DNA of 45,162 nt from Flavobacteriales bacterium (GTDB lineage Bacteria > Bacteroidota > Bacteroidia > UBA10329), in NCBI GenBank assembly GCA_049608805.1, contig JBMYXX010000001.1, positions 1-45,162 of the forward strand. Reading direction: 5' to 3'. Below the pieces are notes generated by a model. That model was not told where the DNA came from, made no database searches, and saw nothing but the letters and a program-made list of their open reading frames with translations. This document shows positions 8,624-17,642 of this stretch, piece after piece. Positions within the stretch are counted from its first letter, which is position 1; every line of letters begins with the position of its first letter. A program made the position numbers and the translations under genes.

Positions 8624-11452
8624 TTAGTCTGCGCGTACGCAGCGTACTTTTTTCTTTAGGTTGAAAGGATCCTCCGCATCAGAGGTTCCGCTTTTATCAA
8701 TATCAATCGCACCATCTGTCATCCTAACAGCATAGTAATCAGTACCGTTGGCAGCGGTGCTACTCCAGTAGAGATAGTTTCCCACCTGGTCTAAGCCCCC
8801 AATCAAATAAGATTGTAACTGAACTGCCTTGAGTTCAGATAGGGTTGGTAGTCTCCAATCACTGTATCCATAAGCGTTGAATGAAGCACACGATGCTCCT
8901 GTTCCGTTGTTGGCCCATGCCCAGTATGTTCCGTTGGAAGTTCCATTATCATCAATATCGCTCGGGTAAACATAAAGTTGTTCTCCTTTGTGCCAGATTT
9001 TTACCACGGCAGCGGTGTCTTGTTCGTTAAGCTCCGCTGGATCAATCCATGTACCATTGCCATCTCCGTCAGACTGCAATACAAAACCGTCACTAGCACC
9101 AGTAGTAATTTTCACATCATCCGTTTCAAGACCATCTTCAATCAATACTCCAGATCCTCCCGCAAACCTTCCGCTGTAACCTGCGCCCGAGAAAACTTGT
9201 CCATAAATAGCATCAGCTCCATTCTGCGCTTGCGCGTGGATGGCATCATAAGAAGCAGCATCAGCTGCTGTAAATATTCCGTTCGACCCTGAATAACCCT
9301 TGGCGTAAATTGCAGCAGGTGTGCCTAGGAAACCCGATACAAATCCATTTGATGTTACTGCTAGTCCTATTCCATTGCCTGTATTCTCAATTAGTCCTGC
9401 ATAGTCAAAAGTAGTGCCAGAACCCGTTACCTTCAGACCTCTGGCTGCTCCGGCAACAACGTCAAATAGAGCTCCTGGAGATGTAGTACCGATTCCAACA
9501 TTTCCAGTGTTGTCAATAATCATGGCTTCGGCACCGTCAACATCAAATCGAATCATATCCTCATCAGAAGATTCTTCCACTTGAATTTTAGTATCACCAT
9601 CAGCATCAGAAATGCTTGATGTGTCGAGGTCAATCCAATCTATACCTGTTCCGGTACTAGATAGAACCTGACCAGCAGAACCTGCGTCCTCGCTATTGTC
9701 GTAAACCGCGCCAGCTACCCTGAATGTGCCATCGACTTCCAGCTTATAATCTGGGAATATTGAGCCAATTCCGACATTACCAGCATTGTCAATCCTAAAA
9801 CGAGTACCGAAATTATCCTCATCGGTAATGCTAAGCGCTCCATTTGGACTAGACTGAATTCTGAAACCACCATTTGTATTAGTCGGAATAAGGTTTATCC
9901 TAGCACCTCCAGTTTCATCATTATTGTAAACAGTTAGGCTAGTCCCAACCTCACCGTCTGCACCTTCAATTAAAGCATTTCCGCCATTAACATGAAGACG
10001 TTCTGTTGGAGACGTAGTACCTATTCCAATATTAGTTGCATCATTATAAATAAGACTGCTTGCTTCCCAAGTGGTTCCGTTATTTCTAAGCGTTTGACCA
10101 GAAGTTCCAGCAACAAGTGGACCTGTTGCACCTGTTGCACCTGTCGCACCAGTTGCTCCGTCAACTCCGTTCGTGCCATTAGTACCGTTATTTCCTGCTG
10201 GACCTGTCGGACCAATTGGTCCTTGGGCTCCGACTGAACCGGACGGGTCAATCCAATCAGTACCAGTTGTTGTTGAAGAAAGTACTTGTCCAGCCGTTCC
10301 AGCATCTCCGCTAGAGTCCATGTAGCGACCTGTTACGCTGACATCTCCTTTTACATCTAGCTCATAAGCTGGTGCAGAAGTACCAATACCAACCTTGGCG
10401 TTGTTTCCAAGCACAACAGAACTGTCTTGAGTTACCTGTGCATTTGCACCAATAGCAGTAGCATTGGTGAGTCCGACTGTTCCATCTGCATGTGAACCAA
10501 TGTAAGTATTGAGAGAACCTGTGGTATTGCTCTGCCCAGCATATTTACCAATAAAGGTGTTCTGACTACCTGTTGTGTTCTCAGTACCTGCTAACCAACC
10601 GATAAAGGAGTTCTGATTTCCTGCAGTGTTATTGAATCCAGTTCTACCTCCAATAAATGCGTTTTGATTTCCGGTCGTATTTAACCTTCCTGCGGTTGGC
10701 CCGATAAAAGTATTCTTGGCTCCGGTTGTGTTCTTAAAACCGGCATTGTATCCAATAAACGCGTTTTGGTCACCTGTGCTTACTGCTCCAGCATTTTGCC
10801 CAATATGAATGTTTCGAGTGCCATCCATGTTTAGTGCGTTGGCGCTACCAATTTTGATATCGCTGCTAACAGGTAAAACCAACTGCCCACTTTGATTAAA
10901 CCGTCCTGCTTCCGTTCCATTTGTTTTGAACACAAGGTCTTGTGCGTCTGAAGTTCCAATGAAATTAACGGCATCGTTTGTTCCTGTATTACCGTTAATG
11001 GTCCAATCATTAGGGTCGTTTCTACTATTATCCTCAGAATCCGAACTACCGCTACGTTCAGCATAGAATGCATATGGAACCGTAAGTAACTGGCTTGTTC
11101 CCATCTCTTCAAAACGCCCGATATTATCTATGTCCATCAGTACCTTTAAATAATATGCTGCTGAACCCCAATCGATGCTTTCCATACTGCCTTCAACCGA
11201 TTCTCCTGTTCCAATCTGCAGGTTCATCAGCCCCAGTCTGTTGGTGGTAACCACATGTTCTTCAGCAAATACAGGACGGTCCATGTCATCACTGTTTACT
11301 ATAATAATCTGTAGCGCTACCTCTTTACTGGCTATTACCGTACCATCTGCCGTTCTAGCAACGGCTTGGTAGTTCATCTTCTGTGGAACACCCTGAGCAA
11401 ACAATGCTGTTGACCCAAGTATGCAAACGATGGTAAGTAGAATATGCCTCAT
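8624..11452 (-). CDS. Mosaic secreted fibre protein: tail-fibre-like NTxIG repeats, collagen-like GXY tract, C-terminal DUF1566 (Lcl-like) domain
   Basis: Signal peptide MRHILLTIVCILGSTALFAQ. Repeats include NAFIGYNAGFKNTTGAKNTFIGPTAGRLNTTGNQNAFIG. A run of 13 GXY triplets follows (GAQGPIGPTGPAGNNGTNGTNGVDGATGATGATGATGPL). A module is duplicated: AGTAGQVLSSTTTGTDWID and AGSAGQVLSSTGTGIDWID. The C-terminus (YGYSDWRLPTLSELKAV...YWSSTA) is typical of DUF1566. Confidence 0.7.
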   Translation of the reverse strand: MRHILLTIVCILGSTALFAQGVPQKMNYQAVARTADGTVIASKEVALQIIIVNSDDMDRPVFAEEHVVTTNRLGLMNLQIGTGESVEGSMESIDWGSAAYYLKVLMDIDNIGRFEEMGTSQLLTVPYAFYAERSGSSDSEDNSRNDPNDWTINGNTGTNDAVNFIGTSDAQDLVFKTNGTEAGRFNQSGQLVLPVSSDIKIGSANALNMDGTRNIHIGQNAGAVSTGDQNAFIGYNAGFKNTTGAKNTFIGPTAGRLNTTGNQNAFIGGRTGFNNTAGNQNSFIGWLAGTENTTGSQNTFIGKYAGQSNTTGSLNTYIGSHADGTVGLTNATAIGANAQVTQDSSVVLGNNAKVGIGTSAPAYELDVKGDVSVTGRYMDSSGDAGTAGQVLSSTTTGTDWIDPSGSVGAQGPIGPTGPAGNNGTNGTNGVDGATGATGATGATGPLVAGTSGQTLRNNGTTWEASSLIYNDATNIGIGTTSPTERLHVNGGNALIEGADGEVGTSLTVYNNDETGGARINLIPTNTNGGFRIQSSPNGALSITDEDNFGTRFRIDNAGNVGIGSIFPDYKLEVDGTFRVAGAVYDNSEDAGSAGQVLSSTGTGIDWIDLDTSSISDADGDTKIQVEESSDEDMIRFDVDGAEAMIIDNTGNVGIGTTSPGALFDVVAGAARGLKVTGSGTTFDYAGLIENTGNGIGLAVTSNGFVSGFLGTPAAIYAKGYSGSNGIFTAADAASYDAIHAQAQNGADAIYGQVFSGAGYSGRFAGGSGVLIEDGLETDDVKITTGASDGFVLQSDGDGNGTWIDPAELNEQDTAAVVKIWHKGEQLYVYPSDIDDNGTSNGTYWAWANNGTGASCASFNAYGYSDWRLPTLSELKAVQLQSYLIGGLDQVGNYLYWSSTAANGTDYYAVRMTDGAIDIDKSGTSDAEDPFNLKKKVRCVRAD
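10115..10231 (-). repeat. Collagen-like GXY coding tract containing four tandem 9-bp units (GAT x4)
   Basis: The plus strand at 10122-10157 reads cctgttgca cctgttgca cctgtcgca ccagttgct. On the minus strand this encodes G-A-T four times within 13 uninterrupted Gly-X-Y triplets. Confidence 0.85.
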
Positions 11453-11486
11453 TCTCGAAAAAGTTTAATTGTGTACGAATGTAATG

Positions 11487-11508
11487 GAAACTGACGGACA
11501 TCAGTTTC
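11487..11508 (-). terminator. Weak hairpin between the membrane/TPR gene and the 942-aa fibre gene
   Basis: gaaactga-cggaca-tcagtttc: an 8-bp stem and 6-nt loop with no clear U-tract. It could be a partial terminator or a processing site within the 106-bp gap. Confidence 0.25.
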
Positions 11509-11558
11509 TACGGAGTACCTTTTTCTGTGGAACTCGCCCAATTTGGTAATTGCGGCTA

Positions 11559-13529
11559 TTAGTAGGAGGTTTTATGGGTTAACTGAGGTGCGGAAAACAA
11601 AAATTTCAATTGGGGAAGGTTGTTTGCCCCCATAATCCTTGTTTGAACCTCGGAAACAAGAGGATCTGACCATTTTTTGGAGTAGAGTTGAGAATACCTG
11701 AGAGCTTCTTGAAACTTATCTGCTTCTAATGCGCAGTGAATGGCCATCTTGATTGCCTTTTCTTCCGTTGGATGTTTTAACTCAACCAGTTGGGTGCTAT
11801 AGAGAAATGCATCGTCCATTTTACCATTTAGGAAACTTAGCTCCATTAATGTAATGTGGTTGTTTCCGTTTGTGGGGTCGTAAAGCATGGCTTCTTTCAT
11901 AACATTGGTAGCCACGTCAAATCTGTTTTTTGTTCGGTACCAGTACTTTGCTTGGCTGCGCAGTAGTTCTGAGTACTCTCTATCTACCCCAACCACAGCA
12001 TTTGGTCTCATCACATTTACAAGACTATCGTGTTTGTCAAAAATTTCTTGCGGAGTAAGTTGGATGATGGAGTCTGACCTTTCAATGATGTTCATCGTCC
12101 ATTCGTAATAGGAATCGTGTACATGAATGGCAACAGATTCTAGTCTGTCTGAAATGGCTGGCTTTGAACCGTGTAGCCATAAAAAAGAACTGCCTAAGAT
12201 TGCAATTAGCAGAGAAGGTGGGATTATGCGTGCCTGGCTATTTGGTTTTATAGATTCTACGGCAAGAACAGCCAATATGAGTATAAACGGAGCCGGAAGA
12301 CTAAACAAGTCCCAATCCATTGGCATAGAAAGAAGCGGATTGATGGCGAATAATAAAGCAGAAAGAAGGGTTACTGGTACGGCAATAAGGATTGTTTCCG
12401 GTTGGCATGCAAAGCTTTTAGCCTTACCCAAAACGAGCCCGCTAAGCAGTATGAAGATTGCCGCTGGCGACCAAATTAAAGCCACATTGAAAAAATCCCA
12501 AATGTGATTAAAGCTGAATAGATTGTACTTGTTTAACGGGGCCTGAGGAGAAAGTAATGGTAGAAAAAGGTGGTCATACTGCATACTCGCTTGTTGCAAG
12601 CTTCTGTCGTCCAGGTGGTCTTTGAAAACCAAAAAGTAAAGAAACAGTCCTGCTATTAAAATGGGTGTAAAAACATACTTGGTTATGTTAACCCAGCCTA
12701 GTTTGGGTAGTAGTTGAGGCCGAAATTTTATGGCGACAAGAAAGATGGTGTTTGGCACTAAAAGCAGCGCAATTGGGTGCGCCTTTATGCACAGTAGGTT
12801 AATAATGGGGAGGATAAGAACCCATTTCCGAGATTTTTGCTCGAGGGAAACAATGTTTGCAATGCCAAATACCAGGAACAAAAACAGGGCTGGAGCATAG
12901 ATTTCTGCTCTTCCAAAAAAGCTAAGTAGAAAAGGAGCCGTAAGCCCAACAACACTTAGCCAAACAACTAGCGTGATGTTTTTAACTCGTCTAGAAATGA
13001 AGTAAATCCATACAAAGGAGAAAGCAATGCCGAAGACTAAATCTATCAGCCTGAACGCTTGACCTATGGAAATTCTAAAATAGTTAGAGACAACACTTAC
13101 CGCAGCTTCCATGGTTTTTTGTCCGGACCACGCATCAAGGCTAAATCCAAACAAAATATCCCAAGTTTTTTGTCCAATTAATGCAATTTTTGGAAGGTTT
13201 TTTTCAAACAAAACGGCATCTCCGTAAGGGTCGTATGCTACTGGAAAATACCAGGTTACAATACCAAAAAGACCTGCGCCAAGTGCGGATAAGAGTAAGG
13301 TTGGTGGTTGCCCATTGCTGGCAAGGTTGAGGCTCTTTGCAGGAAACAAAAAGGCCGCGCCAGCCAAAAGAAACAAGGTGAGTTTTTGTGGGAAGGTGAG
13401 AAAGTATAACTGGTGTGAACCCCAAAATTCAACAGGAAACAGCATCCCAATTAGAAACAGTCCTATAAATCCGATTGCTAGAACGGAACTAAGTTTATTT
13501 CCCAATTTGGTAGGTGCTATATCTGTCAT
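11559..13529 (-). CDS. Polytopic membrane protein with C-terminal TPR repeats (paralogue 3 of 3)
   Basis: 656-aa ORF with an ATG start. Motifs: FPVEFWGSHQLYF, AYDPYGDAVLF, GRAEIYAPA, NPLLSMPMDWDLFSLPAP. The C-terminal TPR-like helices include FDVATNVMKEAMLYDPTN and FQEALRYSQLYSKKWSD. It lies directly upstream of the two fibre genes on the same strand. Confidence 0.65.
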   Translation of the reverse strand: MTDIAPTKLGNKLSSVLAIGFIGLFLIGMLFPVEFWGSHQLYFLTFPQKLTLFLLAGAAFLFPAKSLNLASNGQPPTLLLSALGAGLFGIVTWYFPVAYDPYGDAVLFEKNLPKIALIGQKTWDILFGFSLDAWSGQKTMEAAVSVVSNYFRISIGQAFRLIDLVFGIAFSFVWIYFISRRVKNITLVVWLSVVGLTAPFLLSFFGRAEIYAPALFLFLVFGIANIVSLEQKSRKWVLILPIINLLCIKAHPIALLLVPNTIFLVAIKFRPQLLPKLGWVNITKYVFTPILIAGLFLYFLVFKDHLDDRSLQQASMQYDHLFLPLLSPQAPLNKYNLFSFNHIWDFFNVALIWSPAAIFILLSGLVLGKAKSFACQPETILIAVPVTLLSALLFAINPLLSMPMDWDLFSLPAPFILILAVLAVESIKPNSQARIIPPSLLIAILGSSFLWLHGSKPAISDRLESVAIHVHDSYYEWTMNIIERSDSIIQLTPQEIFDKHDSLVNVMRPNAVVGVDREYSELLRSQAKYWYRTKNRFDVATNVMKEAMLYDPTNGNNHITLMELSFLNGKMDDAFLYSTQLVELKHPTEEKAIKMAIHCALEADKFQEALRYSQLYSKKWSDPLVSEVQTRIMGANNLPQLKFLFSAPQLTHKTSY

Positions 13530-13629
13530 AAAATTTTACCCAATCTACACGGCTAAATTAGGCAAGCGTGCTGCATTAATTCACAACAGCTTTTATTTAT
13601 TGGTTTCATTTCGGAGGTTTGCCGTAACC

Positions 13630-14784
13630 ATGTCTAGAGCAAAAAAGGTTACGGCCTATATCCTATTGGTTTTCATTTTTCAGGAGGTGTTTTTTCGTTT
13701 AGCATTTCCGCTTCCCGAGCTAACTAATTTTGATAGATCATCTTTTGTCCTAAAGGTCAATCAAACTGGTGGTTTTGTGAGGAACAAGGGGTTTGAATGG
13801 TGGTCATTGCCAGACACTTCTGCATCATTTGGGATAGAGTACAATATGTATGGGTTTAGAGGTGCAGAATGGCAAGTGAAAAAGAAGAAAGGCCAGCAAC
13901 GAATAATGTTTGTTGGAGATAGTTTTACAGAGGGCATAATGGCCGCTGAAAATCAGACTTTCCCGTCCTATTTTAAGAAGGCTTCTAGCTCAACCCCTGT
14001 TGAAGTAATGAATGCGGGAATGCTTGGCGTTGGACTGCCAGAATACTTGCAGTTTATTGCTGATGCGGTTCCAATCTTCCGTCCTAATGTGGTGTTTTTA
14101 GTGCTGTATGCGAATGATTTTGTTAGCACCGAGATTGAAATCCCTGCTTATAACCTAGCGGAGGAATATCGGGATTTTACCCAACCAAGATTGCTAGAGC
14201 TATTGAATGCTTATAAGGAAGGAAACCCTGTTCCTTTCAGGAAACCATTGGTGTCGAATAGGATATTGCCTGATGTAGAAGACCCTAAATTTCCTTTTAC
14301 TGGAAAGCTAGATGAAATGTACTTACACGCGGACTCAACCCTCGTTAAGCACATGTTGAAAGCTGATTTTAACCCGTACAAGCTAAATCAGATGTTTAGG
14401 CTTGAACGCTCCTTAAGCACGCCTGCAAACTTTTTGGTTCCGTTAGATTTTTTCAGATACTATTCCGAGAAATACGAGTTTGAACCAATCGTTGTTTACA
14501 TCCCTTCTCGTAATCAGGTAACAGATTATTACCTTCAATACGACTATCGTTCTAGCCTCAAGTTTAATCACGAAATCTCATTTACAGACCCAATCTATAA
14601 CCGCAACCAGTTACTGTTAGCCGAGACATGTAAACGTATTGGTCTTGAGTATCACGATTTAACCAACACTATTACCGAGCAGGAACAGGCAGGTAATCAT
14701 TTGTATTGGAATTACGATGATCACATGAGAGCCAGAGGATATAAATTGATTGGTGAAGAACTACACCGAAGGTTTAGTGAGTGA
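13630..14784 (+). CDS. Membrane-anchored SGNH/GDSL-family hydrolase (esterase/acyltransferase-like)
   Basis: The start is placed at ATG 13630 (MSRAKKVTAYILLVFIFQEVFF = N-terminal TM anchor). The longer track ORF from 13315 runs antisense through the neighbouring gene. Block I reads IMFVGDSFTEG, and a block V-like DxxH reads YDDHMRARGYKLIGEEL. Confidence 0.7.
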   Translation: MSRAKKVTAYILLVFIFQEVFFRLAFPLPELTNFDRSSFVLKVNQTGGFVRNKGFEWWSLPDTSASFGIEYNMYGFRGAEWQVKKKKGQQRIMFVGDSFTEGIMAAENQTFPSYFKKASSSTPVEVMNAGMLGVGLPEYLQFIADAVPIFRPNVVFLVLYANDFVSTEIEIPAYNLAEEYRDFTQPRLLELLNAYKEGNPVPFRKPLVSNRILPDVEDPKFPFTGKLDEMYLHADSTLVKHMLKADFNPYKLNQMFRLERSLSTPANFLVPLDFFRYYSEKYEFEPIVVYIPSRNQVTDYYLQYDYRSSLKFNHEISFTDPIYNRNQLLLAETCKRIGLEYHDLTNTITEQEQAGNHLYWNYDDHMRARGYKLIGEELHRRFSE

Positions 14785-14971
14785 CTTTAATAATAATCAG
14801 TTCCTTGCTGTTTTTTGTAAATCAAAACCTACCTAGGTGGCGATAAAAATTGACCAGCAATAAGCGCTTTTCGAAAACTTGCATAAACAATTCAGTTTCT
14901 TTTTATTTTAAGAGATTGTCGTAAAATGATGTCTGATATTGAGTTGGATGGCCGACCTTTGACAGCGTATA

Positions 14972-15967
14972 ATGCTAGTCAACGCAGGTATATTTAAGAA
15001 GATGTTTCAACTGGGAAAAGTCCGTGGACTTTATTCTCAGGAGAAGATAAACTCTCTTACAAAAGAACTTTCTGAACACGAGGATATGCTACCGGTTTTT
15101 GTGGCTTACGAAGTGTTTAATCCAGTAATTGAAAGTGAAGATTGGGAGACTATTGGAACTGAATTAGGAAGTCAGATGACGCCATTGAACCTAGGCGTTC
15201 TTGGTTATTATTTGCATGCCTGCGATGATCTGTTTACAGCTTATCAGGCGTTAGTCAGATATCAAGCTTTGCTGAGCGATGTTGCCAATTTTCATGTAGA
15301 AACTAAGCGAGATGAGGTTCATTGGTACCTGATTACGCCAATGGCTTATGGATTTTTGGATGAAAGGATGACCAAAGTGGTGAGCGATTTGAGTATGGCC
15401 TACCGTCATAGAACATTAGAAATTTTGGTTGGCAGGAGCTTAACGCCTGTTAGCATTGAATTTGTTTATCCAGACAACAACCCATCTTGGGTAAAGGGAC
15501 AAGAGAAATTTTTTGGCTGTCCAGCAACGTTTGGCAAGAAGTACAACAAGATAATTTACAAAGCTAGGGACGTAACGGAGCTCATTCCGAGCAGAAGCCA
15601 AGCTGTTTGCAGACAACTTGAACCGCTTTTAAATAAAAGAGTTGAAGAGTTGTTTGGGAATCGGAACCAGACACAATTGGTAGAACGTCTTATTAGAACC
15701 AATATGGGATTGATGACCTGTACGCTCGAAAGTATTTCCTTCAAGCTTAACATGTCGGCCAGAAACCTACAGCGAAAGTTGCAATTGGAAGGCACAAAGT
15801 TTCAGACTATTCTAGAAGACCTGCAGAAGGAAATGGCCATTTCTATGAAGAAAAAAGGCATGGCAGCTAAACAAATTGCAGACCATTTAGGCTACCGCGA
15901 AACGAACTCTTTCTTAAGGGCATTTAAACGCTGGTTTGGGAAAAGCTTCAGCGCGTATTCTGATTAA
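14972..15967 (+). CDS. AraC-family transcriptional regulator
   Basis: C-terminal double HTH typical of AraC/XylS (ISFKLNMSARNLQRKLQLEGTKFQTILEDLQKEMA...IADHLGYRETNSFLRAFKRWFGKSFSAY). The N-terminal ~220 aa resemble the arabinose-binding-like effector domain of this subfamily. Confidence 0.8.
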   Translation: MLVNAGIFKKMFQLGKVRGLYSQEKINSLTKELSEHEDMLPVFVAYEVFNPVIESEDWETIGTELGSQMTPLNLGVLGYYLHACDDLFTAYQALVRYQALLSDVANFHVETKRDEVHWYLITPMAYGFLDERMTKVVSDLSMAYRHRTLEILVGRSLTPVSIEFVYPDNNPSWVKGQEKFFGCPATFGKKYNKIIYKARDVTELIPSRSQAVCRQLEPLLNKRVEELFGNRNQTQLVERLIRTNMGLMTCTLESISFKLNMSARNLQRKLQLEGTKFQTILEDLQKEMAISMKKKGMAAKQIADHLGYRETNSFLRAFKRWFGKSFSAYSD

Positions 15968-16002
15968 GTAGGTTAAACCGACTCCTAGCAGTTAAGAACG
16001 AT

Positions 16003-17601
16003 TTAGCAAGAAAATACCTCTGCTACTCCGTATCTTCTAGAATCTCCGCTGGCTTCTAATTGGTCTTGTTTTCCTTTGAAAATAGAATGTACGCCACCAA
16101 AGAATAACGATTCATAATCCCATTCTTTTTGTTGCTCAAACCCCGAAGTATCAAGCGCTGCACCTTTTTCAAAATGAAGCACATTTTCTTGCACATGAAC
16201 CCGTGCTTTCTGAGTGGCATCTTCTAGACTCAAACCTTCTTCAAACAAAGCCTTAAGTACCTGAGCAATCATAAACGGAATTCTACCAGCTCCACCAGAA
16301 CCTCCAGAATAAAGAAACTTATTCTCATTATCTAAAACCATGGTTGGGGTCATCATGGAGTTTAGTCGTACGTTTTCTTTCCAAGAATGAAATCCGTCAG
16401 GCAATAAGAACGATTCGCCCATCATGTTATTCATTTGCATGTTGGTGCCTGGGATAAAGTAGCCGCTTCCTTCTCCAATAGAAGTGGTGAAACTCACCGC
16501 ATTTCCCCATTTATCAACCACATTAAAATGGCTGGTCCCTTTTGTTGATGTGTCTTTTCCTTGAAGCTGAAATCCTAGTTCTGGGTGGAGTGTTTCAAGT
16601 CGTTTAGAAATCTGATGTGGGTGTTGGTATTGGGTTTTTACCTGATTGATTGTCTTCACCCAATCGCCATTATAAATCTCTAGATACCCGAAGATTAAAG
16701 CCATAATTGCTCCGCCTAAACTAGGGCCATTAGGTAAATAGAGGTGGTTGTTTTGCCACGGAATACTAAGCGGATTGCGCCAAACGGCATTGTAATTCTC
16801 AAAGTCGGCCCTGCGTAAATAGCCACCTTTTTGTTTGCTGTCTTCACTAATTATTCTCCCAATTTCTCCCTTGTAAAAACCAGTTTCTCCTTCGTCTTTC
16901 AAAAAATTAAGGAAGTCTCCAAAAAGTGGCAAATGAAGCAGGTCTCCTTCCGTTTTTCGTTCATCTCCATTGAAGAAAATGTCCTTCACCGTTGGGTCAA
17001 TTCTAAAGATAACCTCAAGCAATTCTAAGTCGATACTCTGAAACGTGTTAAGAACCACTCCTGACTTTGCCAAGTCCATTGCAGGCGCCAGCAATTCTGC
17101 CATTGGCATACTGCCAAACTTCCTATGCATTTCATACAATCCAGCAATGGTTCCGGGCGTTGCCGATGATGCCAGTCCAACGTGAAAAGTCTCTACTTCA
17201 ATTCCAAAATTGACTTCAATCGGATAGAAATCACGGTTTTCTAGCTTGGGCTTGTTTCTAGGCGTTTGAGCAAAGAAATCTAGCATTAATGGAGTTTCAC
17301 CAGCCTTGTGGCAAAGAGCAAAACCACCTGCTCCTGCCGATGCCATGCAAGGTTCGGTAATAAACATGGCAATCGCGCCAGCAATACTTGCGTCAAAAGC
17401 ATTTCCGCCTGCAAGAAGAATTTCTTTACAGACATCTAAAGTCGTTTCATGGCCTGCGGAAATGGCGCTATGTGAATTCGCGTTTTGCAAGCTGACGAAT
17501 TTACTGCTTAAACAGCATTTCTTTAAAGTCTTAGGTTGCCAGATTATCAAATGCGTTGGCTGGCAATCTTGTAGGTTTTTAGGAAAGAACCGAATGCACA
17601 T
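16003..17601 (-). CDS. ggt: Gamma-glutamyltransferase family protein
   Basis: The autoprocessing/catalytic Thr context is KGTSHFNVVDKWGNAVSFTTSIG. N-terminal region: GGNAFDASIAGAIAMFITEPCMASAGAGGF. C-terminal region: GGSGGAGRIPFMIAQV. No signal peptide is evident. The start is uncertain (ATG 17601, or an internal TTG near 17500). Confidence 0.8.
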   Translation of the reverse strand: MCIRFFPKNLQDCQPTHLIIWQPKTLKKCCLSSKFVSLQNANSHSAISAGHETTLDVCKEILLAGGNAFDASIAGAIAMFITEPCMASAGAGGFALCHKAGETPLMLDFFAQTPRNKPKLENRDFYPIEVNFGIEVETFHVGLASSATPGTIAGLYEMHRKFGSMPMAELLAPAMDLAKSGVVLNTFQSIDLELLEVIFRIDPTVKDIFFNGDERKTEGDLLHLPLFGDFLNFLKDEGETGFYKGEIGRIISEDSKQKGGYLRRADFENYNAVWRNPLSIPWQNNHLYLPNGPSLGGAIMALIFGYLEIYNGDWVKTINQVKTQYQHPHQISKRLETLHPELGFQLQGKDTSTKGTSHFNVVDKWGNAVSFTTSIGEGSGYFIPGTNMQMNNMMGESFLLPDGFHSWKENVRLNSMMTPTMVLDNENKFLYSGGSGGAGRIPFMIAQVLKALFEEGLSLEDATQKARVHVQENVLHFEKGAALDTSGFEQQKEWDYESLFFGGVHSIFKGKQDQLEASGDSRRYGVAEVFSC

Positions 17602-17642
17602 TTCAGAATTAGGATTAAAATCTTTCGTGCTTTCTTTATCGC

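Noticed and set aside
8978-11372. Antisense and alternate-frame ORFs inside the 942-aa fibre gene (8978..9292, 9992..10237, 10021..10305, 10831..11112, 11175..11372).
   Set aside because: Same reasoning. They are by-products of the biased, stop-poor repeat sequence, and the Cys/Ser-rich translations have no recognisable fold.
6766-11452. Interpreting the tail-fibre/S74/collagen genes as part of a prophage or a contractile injection system.
   Set aside because: No capsid, terminase, portal, sheath, tube, baseplate, integrase or lysis genes occur anywhere in the 45 kb. Both proteins carry Sec signal peptides, and the flanking genes are cellular.
13315-13629. A 105-codon N-terminal extension of the SGNH hydrolase ORF, as given in the ORF track.
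   Set aside because: The extension runs antisense through the 5' end of the 11559..13529 gene and translates to non-homologous basic sequence. ATG 13630 gives a clean TM anchor followed by the GDS block.
14926-14997. A short upstream ORF (MMSDIELDGRPLTAYNASQRRYI*) overlapping the AraC start in another frame. I considered a frameshifted or truncated AraC gene.
   Set aside because: The ORF from ATG 14972 already contains a complete effector-domain start and the HTH. No homology argument requires the upstream residues. An in-frame stop at 14960-14962 bounds the AraC frame.
16003-17601. A GGT homologue without a recognisable signal peptide and only 41 bp from the divergent kinase start. I considered a 5'-truncated pseudogene.
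   Set aside because: The reading frame is intact across both subunits, with the catalytic Thr context preserved. Cytoplasmic GGT-family members exist. The ambiguity lies in start-codon choice and is not evidence of decay.
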